Of a stretch of 64,000 nucleotides of DNA, positions 10,699-20,547 are shown piece after piece. Where the stretch lies: NCBI GenBank assembly GCA_965234725.1, contig CBDDUX010000040.1, positions 5,749 through 69,748 on the forward strand. The letters run 5' to 3'. Made by a program: the position numbers and the translations under genes. The notes beneath the pieces are model-generated. The model saw only the letters and a program-made list of their open reading frames with translations, had not been told where the DNA came from and made no database searches. The first letter of the stretch is position 1, and the number at the start of each line of letters is the position of its first letter. The stretch comes from Thermoplasmatota archaeon (lineage in GTDB: Archaea > Thermoplasmatota > Penumbrarchaeia > Penumbrarchaeales > Penumbrarchaeaceae).

Positions 10699-11756
10699 AT
10701 ATCTCCACCCTCCCTGAGAACCTCTCTTATCACCTCGGGGGCCCTTCCTGACCTCTTCTCATCAAGGTAGATGAATCCATTGATCCTTGATAGGGCCTCC
10801 AGGTGAGGGTCCCAGGTCTCGGAGATAAGAACTCCCAGGGCATCCTTTCTGTGAGAGAGGACCCTGAGGAAAGAATCGAGTTCATCCTCACTTTGGAGGA
10901 CCTTGAAGAAGACGGCTGGTCCTTTTAGACCGATCATGAAAAGCTGATGGACGTCATTCCTTGAGAACATCGAATCCTTTCTGTAACCCATGGAGGCCAT
11001 CTGCCTGGAGAACTCCCTTGCCAATATCTTAGGGTCCATGCCCCTTGAGGAACTGAATGGCGCCATCTTTTTTTCTTCGATCGGAGGGCTCCTTTCCAAT
11101 GTTTTCTTCTCATCCAATCTTGATTGTACTATAGTTCTTGTTGTGGAAAGGGTGCTGTTTGGAGGATCCTTTGCGAGGGAAGGGCCCTGCCGTAAAGATG
11201 TGAGTGCATCGTCCACAAGCTTCTCGCAGGTCGCCCTGGTCATCTTCCTGTAACCATCCTCGAAGATAAGGTAGACCACCTCTCCTTCTTCCGGAAGTTC
11301 AACCTTCAGGAGGTCCAGGCCTATGGAGGAATCGGACCTCTTATTGGAACCCTCGACCCGGATAGCAGTCCTGTAAATTTCCAAGATATCGTTCTCTGTT
11401 GTGAAGACAATTGGGTCCAGGACCTGTTTCAACTTGCCTTTGAGCTCGGAGAAAAGCTTCTCGTCCTCCTTCTTCTTCTCTTCCAGTTTCGGAGCTATCA
11501 TGGAAACGGGTGTTATCTCGAAGTTCTTGTCAGAAATGATCACAAGGTCCTCAACATCCTCTATCGAGTCCGGTACAAGGAACTCAGAAAGATATTCAAG
11601 GGACCTGAGAAGGTCGATGCCCTCCCCCGGGACCCTGAATGCCAGTAGCTTTATACCTCCGTCATCCAGTAGCTGGTAGGCATTATCCTCCATCTTAGCC
11701 CTTAGTCTGAATAGGAGGTCCTCCGATGGAACAACGTTCTCTCTGCTGGATTGCAT
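10695..11756 (-). CDS. Hypothetical protein, C-terminus resembling a degenerate restriction-endonuclease-like fold; coupled to radB
   Basis: Long ORF (track start 11813; ATG at 11756 preferred) overlapping the radB start by 4 nt. C-terminal pattern MASMGY...AVFFKV...LGVLISETWDP...FIYLD. Confidence 0.6.
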   Translation of the reverse strand: MQSSRENVVPSEDLLFRLRAKMEDNAYQLLDDGGIKLLAFRVPGEGIDLLRSLEYLSEFLVPDSIEDVEDLVIISDKNFEITPVSMIAPKLEEKKKEDEKLFSELKGKLKQVLDPIVFTTENDILEIYRTAIRVEGSNKRSDSSIGLDLLKVELPEEGEVVYLIFEDGYRKMTRATCEKLVDDALTSLRQGPSLAKDPPNSTLSTTRTIVQSRLDEKKTLERSPPIEEKKMAPFSSSRGMDPKILAREFSRQMASMGYRKDSMFSRNDVHQLFMIGLKGPAVFFKVLQSEDELDSFLRVLSHRKDALGVLISETWDPHLEALSRINGFIYLDEKRSGRAPEVIREVLREGGDI

Positions 11757-11852
11757 TTGAGACCAACTTCTTATGACCAAATCCGGATGTTGATTAAAAA
11801 AGGTTGTGTCCATTGTAATAGAGGTTAATATTAAGAACTTGGGCCCTTTTCG

Positions 11853-13637
11853 ATGTATATGGACCCGCGGGACCGGTATGGGGGAGAGTTCGTCAGAAGG
11901 GTTGAGAAAGCCCTATCCGATATGGGTTTGACCACAAAACCTGTAATTGAGAGACCTAATAAAGGACTTGCAGATCTGTGCCTTGTTTGCTTTCCCATTG
12001 CAAAGGATCTGGGAAGACCTCCCCAGGAGATCGCAGAGGAGATCAAGGAAAGGATAGGATCCGCCGGAACCTATTCACTGGAGGTAATGGGCGGGTATCT
12101 GAACTGCATATTCAACGATTCGGAATACTCCTCGGATATGGCAGGATTCCTATGGTCCCGGAGGGGAAACCTCGGAAGAGGACCTTCCCGGGAAGATCGG
12201 ATCATAGTGGAGCATACATCCGCAAACCCGAACGGCCCCTTCCATGTGGGGAGGGCCAGGAACCCGATAATCGGTGATACCCTTGTCAGGATGCTGGGAC
12301 ATGCTGGATTTAATGTATCTTCTCAGTACTGGATAAATGATATGGGTAAGCAGGTAATGATCCTTGTATGGGGTCTCCATAATATCGAAGGATCCGAATT
12401 GGAAAGTGCCGATAGGGAAAAGGAGGACCATGACCTCGTCAGGTACTATCAGAAGGCCAATGCTATCATGGAAGAGAACGTATATGTTCAAAATGAAATT
12501 GGCGATCTTCTGAATAATTACGAGAAGACGGTGGGTGACAGGGACTGGGAACGCGTGATCTCTGTCCCGGGGAAACCGGAGATCAAAGCTATCGATGTCA
12601 GAAATGCCTGCAACAAGGTTATGGATGGTATGAAGAGGTCCCTCGGCCGTTTGAACGTGACCTTTGATGACTTTGTCTACGAATCCCGTGTTGTCGAGGA
12701 TGGGTCCCTTAGAGAGATCATAGAGGGATTGAATGATAGCCCCATCTGTAGAGAAGAGAATGGGGCCAGGTATCTTGACCTCTCTGACCTTATCGAAGGG
12801 GGTGATGAGGATAATTTCAAACGGAGGTTCGTATTCACCCGATCAGATGGTTCCGCCCTTTATACCACAAGGGACCTGGCTTATCACAAATGGAAGCTGG
12901 ACAGTTGTGACCATGCGGTCAATGTATTGGGGGAGGACCACAGATACCAGTCCCAAATGCTGAATCTCGCCTTGAAGGAGCTTGGTTCGGAGAAGGTCCC
13001 CGAAGCTGTTTTCTACTCCTTTGTATCACTTCCGCAGGGAAAGATGTCAACGAGAAGGGGGAGGGTCGTCTTCCTTGACGACCTCCTTGACGAGGCCGTT
13101 GATCTGGCCCGGATCGAGGTCGAAAAGAGAAGGACCGATCTGGAAGATGTGGAATTGATCGAGATATCAGAGGCTGTCGGGATAGGTGCATTGCGATTCA
13201 ATATCATAAAGGTCCAGCCCGAAAAGAAGATCGTCTTCAAATGGGAGGAAGCACTCAATTTCGAAGGATCAACAGCTCCTTTCGTTCAATATTCCCATGC
13301 CAGGGCCTGTTCCATCATTGGAAGATCATCCGATGAGATGGTGGGGAATATTGACTGGAGCAAGCTTGTGGATCGGTCCGAGAGGGATCTCGTGAAACGA
13401 TTGTCAGGATTCGATGAGGTCATATTGAAGAGTGCAAAGGATCGGAAGGTGCATCTCCTTACGGTCTATCTTGTTGAGACCGCATCATCGTTCAACGATT
13501 TCTACAGAGACTGCCCTGTAATCAATGAAAGTGACCCGGACAGGAGGAAGGCAAGGTTAGGTCTTGTGGAGATGTCAAGAGAGGTCCTTGCAACAGGGTT
13601 GAATATACTGGGAATAAAGGCCCCAACATCCATGTGA
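11853..13637 (+). CDS. argS: Arginine--tRNA ligase
   Basis: VEHTSANPNGPFHVGRARN (HIGH region), DGSALYTTRDLAYH, KMSTRRG, QYSHARACSI, C-terminal DALR domain. Confidence 0.97.
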   Translation: MYMDPRDRYGGEFVRRVEKALSDMGLTTKPVIERPNKGLADLCLVCFPIAKDLGRPPQEIAEEIKERIGSAGTYSLEVMGGYLNCIFNDSEYSSDMAGFLWSRRGNLGRGPSREDRIIVEHTSANPNGPFHVGRARNPIIGDTLVRMLGHAGFNVSSQYWINDMGKQVMILVWGLHNIEGSELESADREKEDHDLVRYYQKANAIMEENVYVQNEIGDLLNNYEKTVGDRDWERVISVPGKPEIKAIDVRNACNKVMDGMKRSLGRLNVTFDDFVYESRVVEDGSLREIIEGLNDSPICREENGARYLDLSDLIEGGDEDNFKRRFVFTRSDGSALYTTRDLAYHKWKLDSCDHAVNVLGEDHRYQSQMLNLALKELGSEKVPEAVFYSFVSLPQGKMSTRRGRVVFLDDLLDEAVDLARIEVEKRRTDLEDVELIEISEAVGIGALRFNIIKVQPEKKIVFKWEEALNFEGSTAPFVQYSHARACSIIGRSSDEMVGNIDWSKLVDRSERDLVKRLSGFDEVILKSAKDRKVHLLTVYLVETASSFNDFYRDCPVINESDPDRRKARLGLVEMSREVLATGLNILGIKAPTSM

Positions 13638-13729
13638 TGCTTGATCTGACCTTTTTAGACCTGGTTGTTCACCTTTTTCAGCGATATTTATATAGGTGTC
13701 CTATTATGGGCTGTCCTGAGGTCGTTCCT

Positions 13730-14356
13730 ATGCCCGATGAGTTCGATTATGAAGGGCTGTTAAAGAGAGCCCATGATTCCATGCCGGAAGAAGAGGTTAC
13801 CGATGAGGAGAGATGGTCGGTACCGGAACTGGATATCATGTACGAAGGCAGGATGACCGTCTGGAAGAACTTCCAGGAGATAGTCGATTCCGTGAGAAGG
13901 GAGGCGATTCACATCCAGGGACATATACTCAGGTCCCTTGGTTCCGCCGGATCACAGGATGGTCGAAGGCTCATTCTGAAATCCGTCATCTCCGAGGATA
14001 AGCTCAAAGAGAAAGTGGATGAGTATGTCTCCACATTCGTTATCTGCGGAGAATGCGGAAAGCCTGATACACACCTTGTCAAGGAAGGCCGTATCAATGT
14101 AATCGAATGCATGGCCTGCGGTGCGAAGAGGCCAGTAAAGGTCAAGAAAGGTCTCCGGGCGAAGGAAAAGAAGAAGATACTCATTCCGGGTGACGAGATC
14201 GATGTCATGATCCAGGATGTCGGCAGGCTGGGTGATGGTATTGCAAAGGTCGACAAGTTCATCATCTACGTCCCTGGTGTTGCCAAGGGTGCCGCCGTAA
14301 GGATCAAAGTTGAGAAGGTATCCGGGACGATTGTCGTAGGTCGCGTTATATCCTGA
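13730..14356 (+). CDS. eif2b: Translation initiation factor aIF-2 beta with C-terminal TRAM domain
   Basis: DYEGLLKRA start, CGECGKPDT...CMACGA zinc ribbon, TRAM GDGIAKVDKFIIYVPG. ATG 13730 has a GAGGT RBS and TTTATATA upstream (track start 13634 is too long). Confidence 0.93.
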   Translation: MPDEFDYEGLLKRAHDSMPEEEVTDEERWSVPELDIMYEGRMTVWKNFQEIVDSVRREAIHIQGHILRSLGSAGSQDGRRLILKSVISEDKLKEKVDEYVSTFVICGECGKPDTHLVKEGRINVIECMACGAKRPVKVKKGLRAKEKKKILIPGDEIDVMIQDVGRLGDGIAKVDKFIIYVPGVAKGAAVRIKVEKVSGTIVVGRVIS

Positions 14357-14482
14357 TCGCTACAGAGCATAATATCCCTGAGTTAATTATTGCCAAGGAT
14401 TCAGGGAGATCATTTTCATCATTGCAGAGCTTGAGCTAATGATCTCAGTATTTATCGTTTAAAGATAATGTAATTTTTTTTT

Positions 14483-14516
14483 AAAAAAAAAGGCAGGCGG
14501 AAAAGACCGCCTGCCT
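14483..14516 (-). terminator. Hairpin plus U-tract terminator of the 1314-aa surface protein gene
   Basis: AGGCAGGCGG-aaaaga-CCGCCTGCCT 10-bp stem followed on the minus strand by T8; a T9 tract on the plus strand at 14474-14482 could serve the convergent gene. Confidence 0.75.
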
Positions 14517-14534
14517 GAGTCCCTCACCTTATGA

Positions 14535-17500
14535 TTACTGGAGAGGAGACTTGCAGTTGGGACAGAGGAACCATGACGGATCAACCTGGGATCCGCAGGA
14601 GGGGCATGCGCTTCCTGGGGCGGGTTCCGGCTGGGCCTGTGTCTCCATCTGGGGAGCGGGTGCCTCATACTGTGGTGCCATCTCCTGGGTTGCAGGTGGT
14701 AGCTCCTGGGGCTGCTCCATATCAGTCTGACCTGGGGGAAGCTCGGGTGTCTCTGCTCCTGGAAGACCAGGTGCCTGTCCCGGTGGAAGTCCCATTGCAT
14801 CATATCCTGCGAGCTGGCTCTGATCATACATCGCGTACTGCTGTGCAGGGGGTGCTTCCTTCTTCCTCAGGACAACAACGAGTATGACCACAACTATGAT
14901 GATCACCAGGACCGCTACAATGGCCAGGATGATGAACATGGTGTTGTCATTACTGCTGCTGCTACCACCGGTGTTGATGGGTGTATCATCATCATCAGTT
15001 TGTGTGTCATCACCGGTCTTTTCAAGGATCTCGATCCTCAGGGAGATCTTCTCTGTCTCGAACTGTCCGTCATAAGCGGACACCTGAACGGTCTTGAAGC
15101 CTTTCTTGGAATAGGTGTGATTGACATCAACTCCTTCAGAGGTTGCTCCGTCACCGAAGTCCCATTTGTATACGATCTTATCTCCATCGGGATCAATGAC
15201 CGGATCGACCCTGAAGTTGATCTCGTCTCCGATGAAGATGTCGGTCGAGGGGTTTGGGGTCGCCTTGATCGCATCTGGTGCAGGTGGTTCCTCATTCAGG
15301 TCGTTCAGAACCAGGATGATCTTGTCTGTGGCCGTATCCCCTTCTTTGTCCATTACCTGGAAGACAAGGGTTATTTCGACAGATTTTACCCAGCCTGCAG
15401 AGGTCTTCCAGATATTCTGATCATTTGGGTTGAACCAGAACTCACCGGTATTGGGGTCTATTCCCCAGTCGATGTCCTTTGTTACTTCCATGTAAGGGAG
15501 CTGGTCCTCGAGTGAGTCTATTTCATCGCTTTCAAATTCTAAGGATTCTTCGAAGTTGACACTGAAGGTCAGTGAATCCCTCATGGATGTGGGGAGTTTC
15601 AGGTCGTCATCCTCCGCTATCGGTTTTATCCTTATTCCGCCTCCCTGGTACTGTGTATACTGCCTTGGGGTGGTTGCGGGTATGGATATCGATGGTGCGT
15701 CGTTCTTGTTCTTGACGTTGAAGTAGACAGTGAGGATGATGGTCCCGTCAGAATCACCGTCGGAGATGGAGAAAGCCATCTTGGAGTTCTCTTTCTCAAC
15801 ATCGTAGTTGACAGGTGTATAGGTTACGAGACCGTCATTGTACCCTACATCAGGAGACTCCTTCCAGTTATCGGAAAGACCGTCCTCGAAATCGTATGTG
15901 AGGGTTCCCCAATCTTCCTCAGGATCGGTATCCTCGGCGATTATCTCGAATGTGAACTCCTCATCCTGGGTCATGAAGATATCATCGCTGTCCTCTATAT
16001 GGAGAACCGGTCTCATCGGATCGATCTCGTTATCCACATCATATTCCATTCCATCATAGATGATGTTGTATACCATAGGAGGATCGTTCACGGAGTTGAC
16101 GAAGATCCTAGTGGTCCTGTTGATCTCGGAATGGTCGTCATAGGCCCTGATCTTGACCGGTTCCCCTTCGGAGGTCCACTGGTTATGCTTGAGGTTGATA
16201 CTCATCTGCCAGATCCCGTCTACCTTGGAGATGTTAATGCTCATGAGATCGGAATCGTAGTCCGAATCCCATGCACCCTCTCCGCCGTTCAATGATTCGT
16301 TCCAGATGTTGAAACCCCTGAATTTTCTTTCGGGATCGGTAAAAGCACCCTCAAATCCTTCAAGTGGAATCATCCTCTCGGGTTCATCCTCTGTGAGTGT
16401 CGGGATCCCTTCCCAGCTATCGATTATTGAAACTGGGTCATCATCCCAAACGGTCATATTGAAGTCCCAAACGTCCAACGATCGTTTTGAGGTACGGATA
16501 TCATTTAAAGGCATTTTATCGATAGCCCAAGCCCTGATCTCATGGGGAGATGGACTCTCACCTAACTGTTCTCCAAGGAAATTTATGTAGTAGACCTTTC
16601 CTGGATTGGGATCAGCATCCGTGTAATCCTTGTCCTTTGGATTGAGCGGATCTCCCTCCTCGAGAAGATCTATCGGGGTATCACCGTCGATCTCCAGCCA
16701 GATGAACAACGGTTCATCATTTTCAACATCAAGGTAGGTGACATAGATAGTGAACTCAGTCTTATAATATCCTCCGGTCTCTGCCTGGTCCCAGTCGGAT
16801 TCAACACTGATATCGGCAATTTCTGGGGGGACATTCGGTTCTTTTTCATCAATAATGAAATCGAGTGAATAATCGATGTGTCCCTGCATGATTCCACTAA
16901 ACATTCCCAAAATTTGTCCTGTGGTATCGACTGCCATATTATATGTCCTTGTCGAGATTCCTATGAAAAACGATCTAGGATCGTTTCCCTGGAGTTCGGT
17001 CGGAAGATGTGTCAAATTGGAAACCAATATGTTTTCGAATTGCGGATTCTGATTATTGAAGGCGGTGTTCATGTTCCAGACATTCATATCCGATACGCTC
17101 GGGTAGTTGAAAGTCAAGGTGATGCGACTGCCGTACCAGCCATCATCTTCGGTTCCCTCTATGTTATCGAGTCCAAAAGAATAGAAAACACGCCAGACAT
17201 TAATCCAAAGGTCGGGATAGAATAATCCCGGCCACCTCATACCTCTAAAATCGATCGAGTCTTTAAATAGAGTGAAATCGGCGGTCAGGTTCCAGATTTT
17301 CTCCCTGTCCACTCCGGACAACTCGTACCAGTCGGCATTGTTCCATGCGGAATCAACCCTTCCCCTTCCGGAAGGATCAGTAGATGTTGCATTTCTCCAG
17401 TCATTTCCCGCTCCCTCGGTGTAGGACTCGGAGAACGGATAATTGTTGAATTCCAGGTCGTTCTGCTGAACCTCGAATTCGTATTCAACTGTCCAATCAT

Positions 17501-18479
17501 AATCCCTGTCCTCTTCCGCCTGAACGGTCCAAGGGAGATATTCGACTCCGATATAGAACCAACCCCTTTCGGTGAATGTGCCATCTGTACCGAACCCGTC
17601 AGGATCTTCTACCGTTCCCATGGAGTCGGTGGGAGTACGGAATGATAGCGTCCAGTTGTCTTCATCATTGTGGATCCATCCATCTCCCGAATCACCATCA
17701 TCATAGAACATCTCTTTTCCACCCATATCAGCCCATCCGGACCATGATTTATGGAAGAAGTAAACGTATACCATTAGGGTATCAACATAATCACTTGTCA
17801 CAAATTCTCCGTCGTCCTGATATTCCTCCAGAGTCGAGTCCGGAGATGAGAACTCTGTGAGAGTGAATGAATAGTTGTATACGCTCCCGGAACTGCCGCC
17901 TACAGGATTCACATTTCCCTGAGGAACTTGGATCTTGAACCAATCGATAAAGTCACTCTGGGGATTGACTACCGCCGAGTCTGAAAAAAATTCTCCTGTA
18001 ACGGTCTCTCCGGACATGATCTTCGTTCCGTTAGCCTGGTCATCATCATCGTTCTGTTCCTCTTTGTCAGTTGCCCTGGTGGGATCCACATCCAGCATCA
18101 TGGATTTGGGTATCCTGACCATGCTCGTATCGACACTGCTGGAGGAAGCCACATCATCAAAGGATACACCAGTTCTCAGCTGATTCGGGTCAACAGTCCT
18201 GCCAACCAGACTAGACTTATCCATCTCGAAATTGACATCATCACCGAAGATATTCACTGCATCCTCGGAAGATACCTTCTCGATAATAGCTCCATTCTTT
18301 GCGATCGCTTTGCCGTTCACATTGCCGGCCTCATCAGTGAAATGATCGGTTTCCACGATCATTTCATCAGAACCGGTATTTGCTTCTATGTTTACTCCCG
18401 CACCTACCAGACCAGCCGGTATTATTAGCATGGCCATGAAAACAAGCGCGAAGAGAACACTCTTCCTTTTACCGTACAT
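14535..18479 (-). CDS. Large acidic cell-surface protein (cadherin-like/Ig repeats, PKD domain, TM anchor, Pro/Gln linker, C-terminal zinc ribbon)
   Basis: Signal peptide; VNSVNDPP and VKNKNDAP linkers; PKD YKWDFGDG; TM IILAIVAVLVIIIVVVILVVVL-RKK; CPSCG...CPNC end; GGAGG RBS. Confidence 0.85.
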   Translation of the reverse strand: MYGKRKSVLFALVFMAMLIIPAGLVGAGVNIEANTGSDEMIVETDHFTDEAGNVNGKAIAKNGAIIEKVSSEDAVNIFGDDVNFEMDKSSLVGRTVDPNQLRTGVSFDDVASSSSVDTSMVRIPKSMMLDVDPTRATDKEEQNDDDDQANGTKIMSGETVTGEFFSDSAVVNPQSDFIDWFKIQVPQGNVNPVGGSSGSVYNYSFTLTEFSSPDSTLEEYQDDGEFVTSDYVDTLMVYVYFFHKSWSGWADMGGKEMFYDDGDSGDGWIHNDEDNWTLSFRTPTDSMGTVEDPDGFGTDGTFTERGWFYIGVEYLPWTVQAEEDRDYDWTVEYEFEVQQNDLEFNNYPFSESYTEGAGNDWRNATSTDPSGRGRVDSAWNNADWYELSGVDREKIWNLTADFTLFKDSIDFRGMRWPGLFYPDLWINVWRVFYSFGLDNIEGTEDDGWYGSRITLTFNYPSVSDMNVWNMNTAFNNQNPQFENILVSNLTHLPTELQGNDPRSFFIGISTRTYNMAVDTTGQILGMFSGIMQGHIDYSLDFIIDEKEPNVPPEIADISVESDWDQAETGGYYKTEFTIYVTYLDVENDEPLFIWLEIDGDTPIDLLEEGDPLNPKDKDYTDADPNPGKVYYINFLGEQLGESPSPHEIRAWAIDKMPLNDIRTSKRSLDVWDFNMTVWDDDPVSIIDSWEGIPTLTEDEPERMIPLEGFEGAFTDPERKFRGFNIWNESLNGGEGAWDSDYDSDLMSINISKVDGIWQMSINLKHNQWTSEGEPVKIRAYDDHSEINRTTRIFVNSVNDPPMVYNIIYDGMEYDVDNEIDPMRPVLHIEDSDDIFMTQDEEFTFEIIAEDTDPEEDWGTLTYDFEDGLSDNWKESPDVGYNDGLVTYTPVNYDVEKENSKMAFSISDGDSDGTIILTVYFNVKNKNDAPSISIPATTPRQYTQYQGGGIRIKPIAEDDDLKLPTSMRDSLTFSVNFEESLEFESDEIDSLEDQLPYMEVTKDIDWGIDPNTGEFWFNPNDQNIWKTSAGWVKSVEITLVFQVMDKEGDTATDKIILVLNDLNEEPPAPDAIKATPNPSTDIFIGDEINFRVDPVIDPDGDKIVYKWDFGDGATSEGVDVNHTYSKKGFKTVQVSAYDGQFETEKISLRIEILEKTGDDTQTDDDDTPINTGGSSSSNDNTMFIILAIVAVLVIIIVVVILVVVLRKKEAPPAQQYAMYDQSQLAGYDAMGLPPGQAPGLPGAETPELPPGQTDMEQPQELPPATQEMAPQYEAPAPQMETQAQPEPAPGSACPSCGSQVDPSWFLCPNCKSPLQ

Positions 18480-18680
18480 CTTATTCCTCCAACGGTTATG
18501 TCAAGAGCCTTTGAATCTTGAAGTGGGATGCTTCTTGTCGAACCAGCCTAAACTGCAGCTCTCAACCGAACATCTATTCTTTGTATTTATAATCTTTAGA
18601 CATGAAAGGGTCACTGGTTGCGTCAAGACCGATCTTTATAGAGAACCTTTTTTACCTTGAAGGGTGCTTTTGGATGTATC

Positions 18681-19481
18681 ATGGCCAAGTTGACCTTCCT
18701 CGGTACGGGGGGAGGCAGGTTTGTCACCCTCATGCAGGAACGGTCGACGGGGGGCCTATACATCGAGGACGGAGCCAGGGTCCACGTGGACCCGGGCCCG
18801 GGAGCGCTACACGCATTCAGGAGGAACAGGATAGACCCGACGAAGACAGATGCCCTGGTGATATCCCACTGCCATCCGGACCACTATGCTAACGCTGAAA
18901 CCCTCATAGAGGGAATGGTGACTGGCCACAGGGGGAAAAGAGGAACCCTTGTGGGACCGAGGTCCGTGATCAAAGGAAGCGGAAGAATAGGACCCGCTGT
19001 CTCGAAATACCACCAGAACAAGCTTCAGAAGGTTCTGACAATATCCTCGGGTGACTCCTTTAATTTGAACGGTCTCGATGTAAGGGCAACACCGTCGATG
19101 CATTCCGACCCGGATGCGGTGGGATTCAGTTTCCGCACCACAGGGGGGAATATCTCCTATGTGGCGGACACGGAACTCCGTTCGGAGATAATTAAAGCCC
19201 ATCTGGATGCTAGGATCCTCATACTAGCTGTAACGAGACCTCTTCAATCCCGTATCCCACACCACCTCTCAACAGAGGATGCCGCGGTTTTTGCAGAGGA
19301 GATCAGACCTGAACTCTGCCTCCTTACACACATGGGGAAGAGGTTCCTGAAGGATGGACCCAAGAAACAGGCCCAATGGATCGCAGAAAGATCGGGTGTA
19401 AATACTGTTGCAGCGAGGGATGACATGGCGATCCATCTTGATACCGATATCAAGGTGTCACTACCTCCATTTCAGGGGTAG
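18681..19481 (+). CDS. MBL-fold metallo-hydrolase (PhnP/RNase Z-like archaeal family)
   Basis: LTFLGTGG, VDPGPG, SHCHPDH metal motif, YVADT, LLTHMG. Confidence 0.85.
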   Translation: MAKLTFLGTGGGRFVTLMQERSTGGLYIEDGARVHVDPGPGALHAFRRNRIDPTKTDALVISHCHPDHYANAETLIEGMVTGHRGKRGTLVGPRSVIKGSGRIGPAVSKYHQNKLQKVLTISSGDSFNLNGLDVRATPSMHSDPDAVGFSFRTTGGNISYVADTELRSEIIKAHLDARILILAVTRPLQSRIPHHLSTEDAAVFAEEIRPELCLLTHMGKRFLKDGPKKQAQWIAERSGVNTVAARDDMAIHLDTDIKVSLPPFQG

Positions 19482-19623
19482 ACCGTTCAAGGGATTATCA
19501 CGTTATTATTGTAATATTCCTCTCATCTTCAGCTTTACAGCGCATATCAATGATATCAATATCTTTCAATGTAAGTCGAACCACAAAACTTATTGAATAG
19601 TACACATTCTGGGTTGCGATACC

Positions 19624-20502
19624 ATGGACAATGATGATTTTTTCGGAGATGAGCTCCGTACACAGCTGGTCTTCTTTTTCAATTTGAAAGAAGGCCTGAA
19701 GGACCTGGATGACAGGATCAGGACCACCTCCCTTTACCTTGCCAGAAAGGACCTTGAAGGCAAGCACAGGGATGTCGATGATTGGCAGATAATATCGAGA
19801 CCGGACGAATCCACAGTGACAGGAAGCAGGAACGATAATGTCGTTGTCACAGCCAGGGTCAGGACAATGAGCCTTCATGGGAAGAGCACCTTCGGTGGAA
19901 GGCAGAGTGATGCAATGAAGAGGAACATCGAAAAGCTCTCTGAAGAAGTCTCTACCTACAAGTACATGTATCTCTTGGACCCCTGGACGGTCAAAGTCGT
20001 GGAAGAGACGTTCGACACATCGAACCTCACCATACTCCCTCTTCTCAAGGATGACATTGCCAAGGTGGTGAGGACCTCCTCAGAAGCCATGGACATGGTA
20101 CATCCCGGTTTGATCGAACCTCCTACACAAATGGTCGAGGAGATAATAACAAAGGAAGATTTTACAGAGGATCGGACGATCATCTCACCAATATCCCGAA
20201 CCTCGATAAGGCAGGGTTTCCTCTACATCCCCAAGGAGAAGGGAGAACTGCTGAAAGAGGGTTCGGTCACTATTTGGATTAGGAAGGATGCCTCGCTTGA
20301 ATCAAAATGTATGATGTCACAGACAGGTGGTGTCAGGATCGGAGGTGGTCTGACCAAGTGGTTCAGGTCCATCGGTCTTCAAGCGGAGGATGAACTTGTA
20401 ATGGGTTCTCAGGAGGATGGGTCCCTTCTTGTTCTAATGATACGGAGGAACCAACCCTTCAGACCAGCTTCTCCTATGATAGAAACGGTGAAATGGGACT
20501 GA
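19624..20502 (+). CDS. Hypothetical protein: degenerate PD-(D/E)XK-like N-domain plus B3/pseudobarrel-like C-domain
   Basis: Clear 292-aa ORF. C-terminus ISRTSIRQGFLYIPKE...GGLTKWFRSIGLQAEDELVM follows the B3 pattern; domain calls made by eye. Confidence 0.6.
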   Translation: MDNDDFFGDELRTQLVFFFNLKEGLKDLDDRIRTTSLYLARKDLEGKHRDVDDWQIISRPDESTVTGSRNDNVVVTARVRTMSLHGKSTFGGRQSDAMKRNIEKLSEEVSTYKYMYLLDPWTVKVVEETFDTSNLTILPLLKDDIAKVVRTSSEAMDMVHPGLIEPPTQMVEEIITKEDFTEDRTIISPISRTSIRQGFLYIPKEKGELLKEGSVTIWIRKDASLESKCMMSQTGGVRIGGGLTKWFRSIGLQAEDELVMGSQEDGSLLVLMIRRNQPFRPASPMIETVKWD

Positions 20503-20547
20503 TACCATTCCTGCTGTGGGGAGAAGGATACCCCGGAAGGGTAAGAC

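Noticed and set aside
18500-18570. GGTTCGA motif on the minus strand suggesting a tRNA T-loop
   Set aside because: No T-stem, anticodon arm or acceptor stem could be built.
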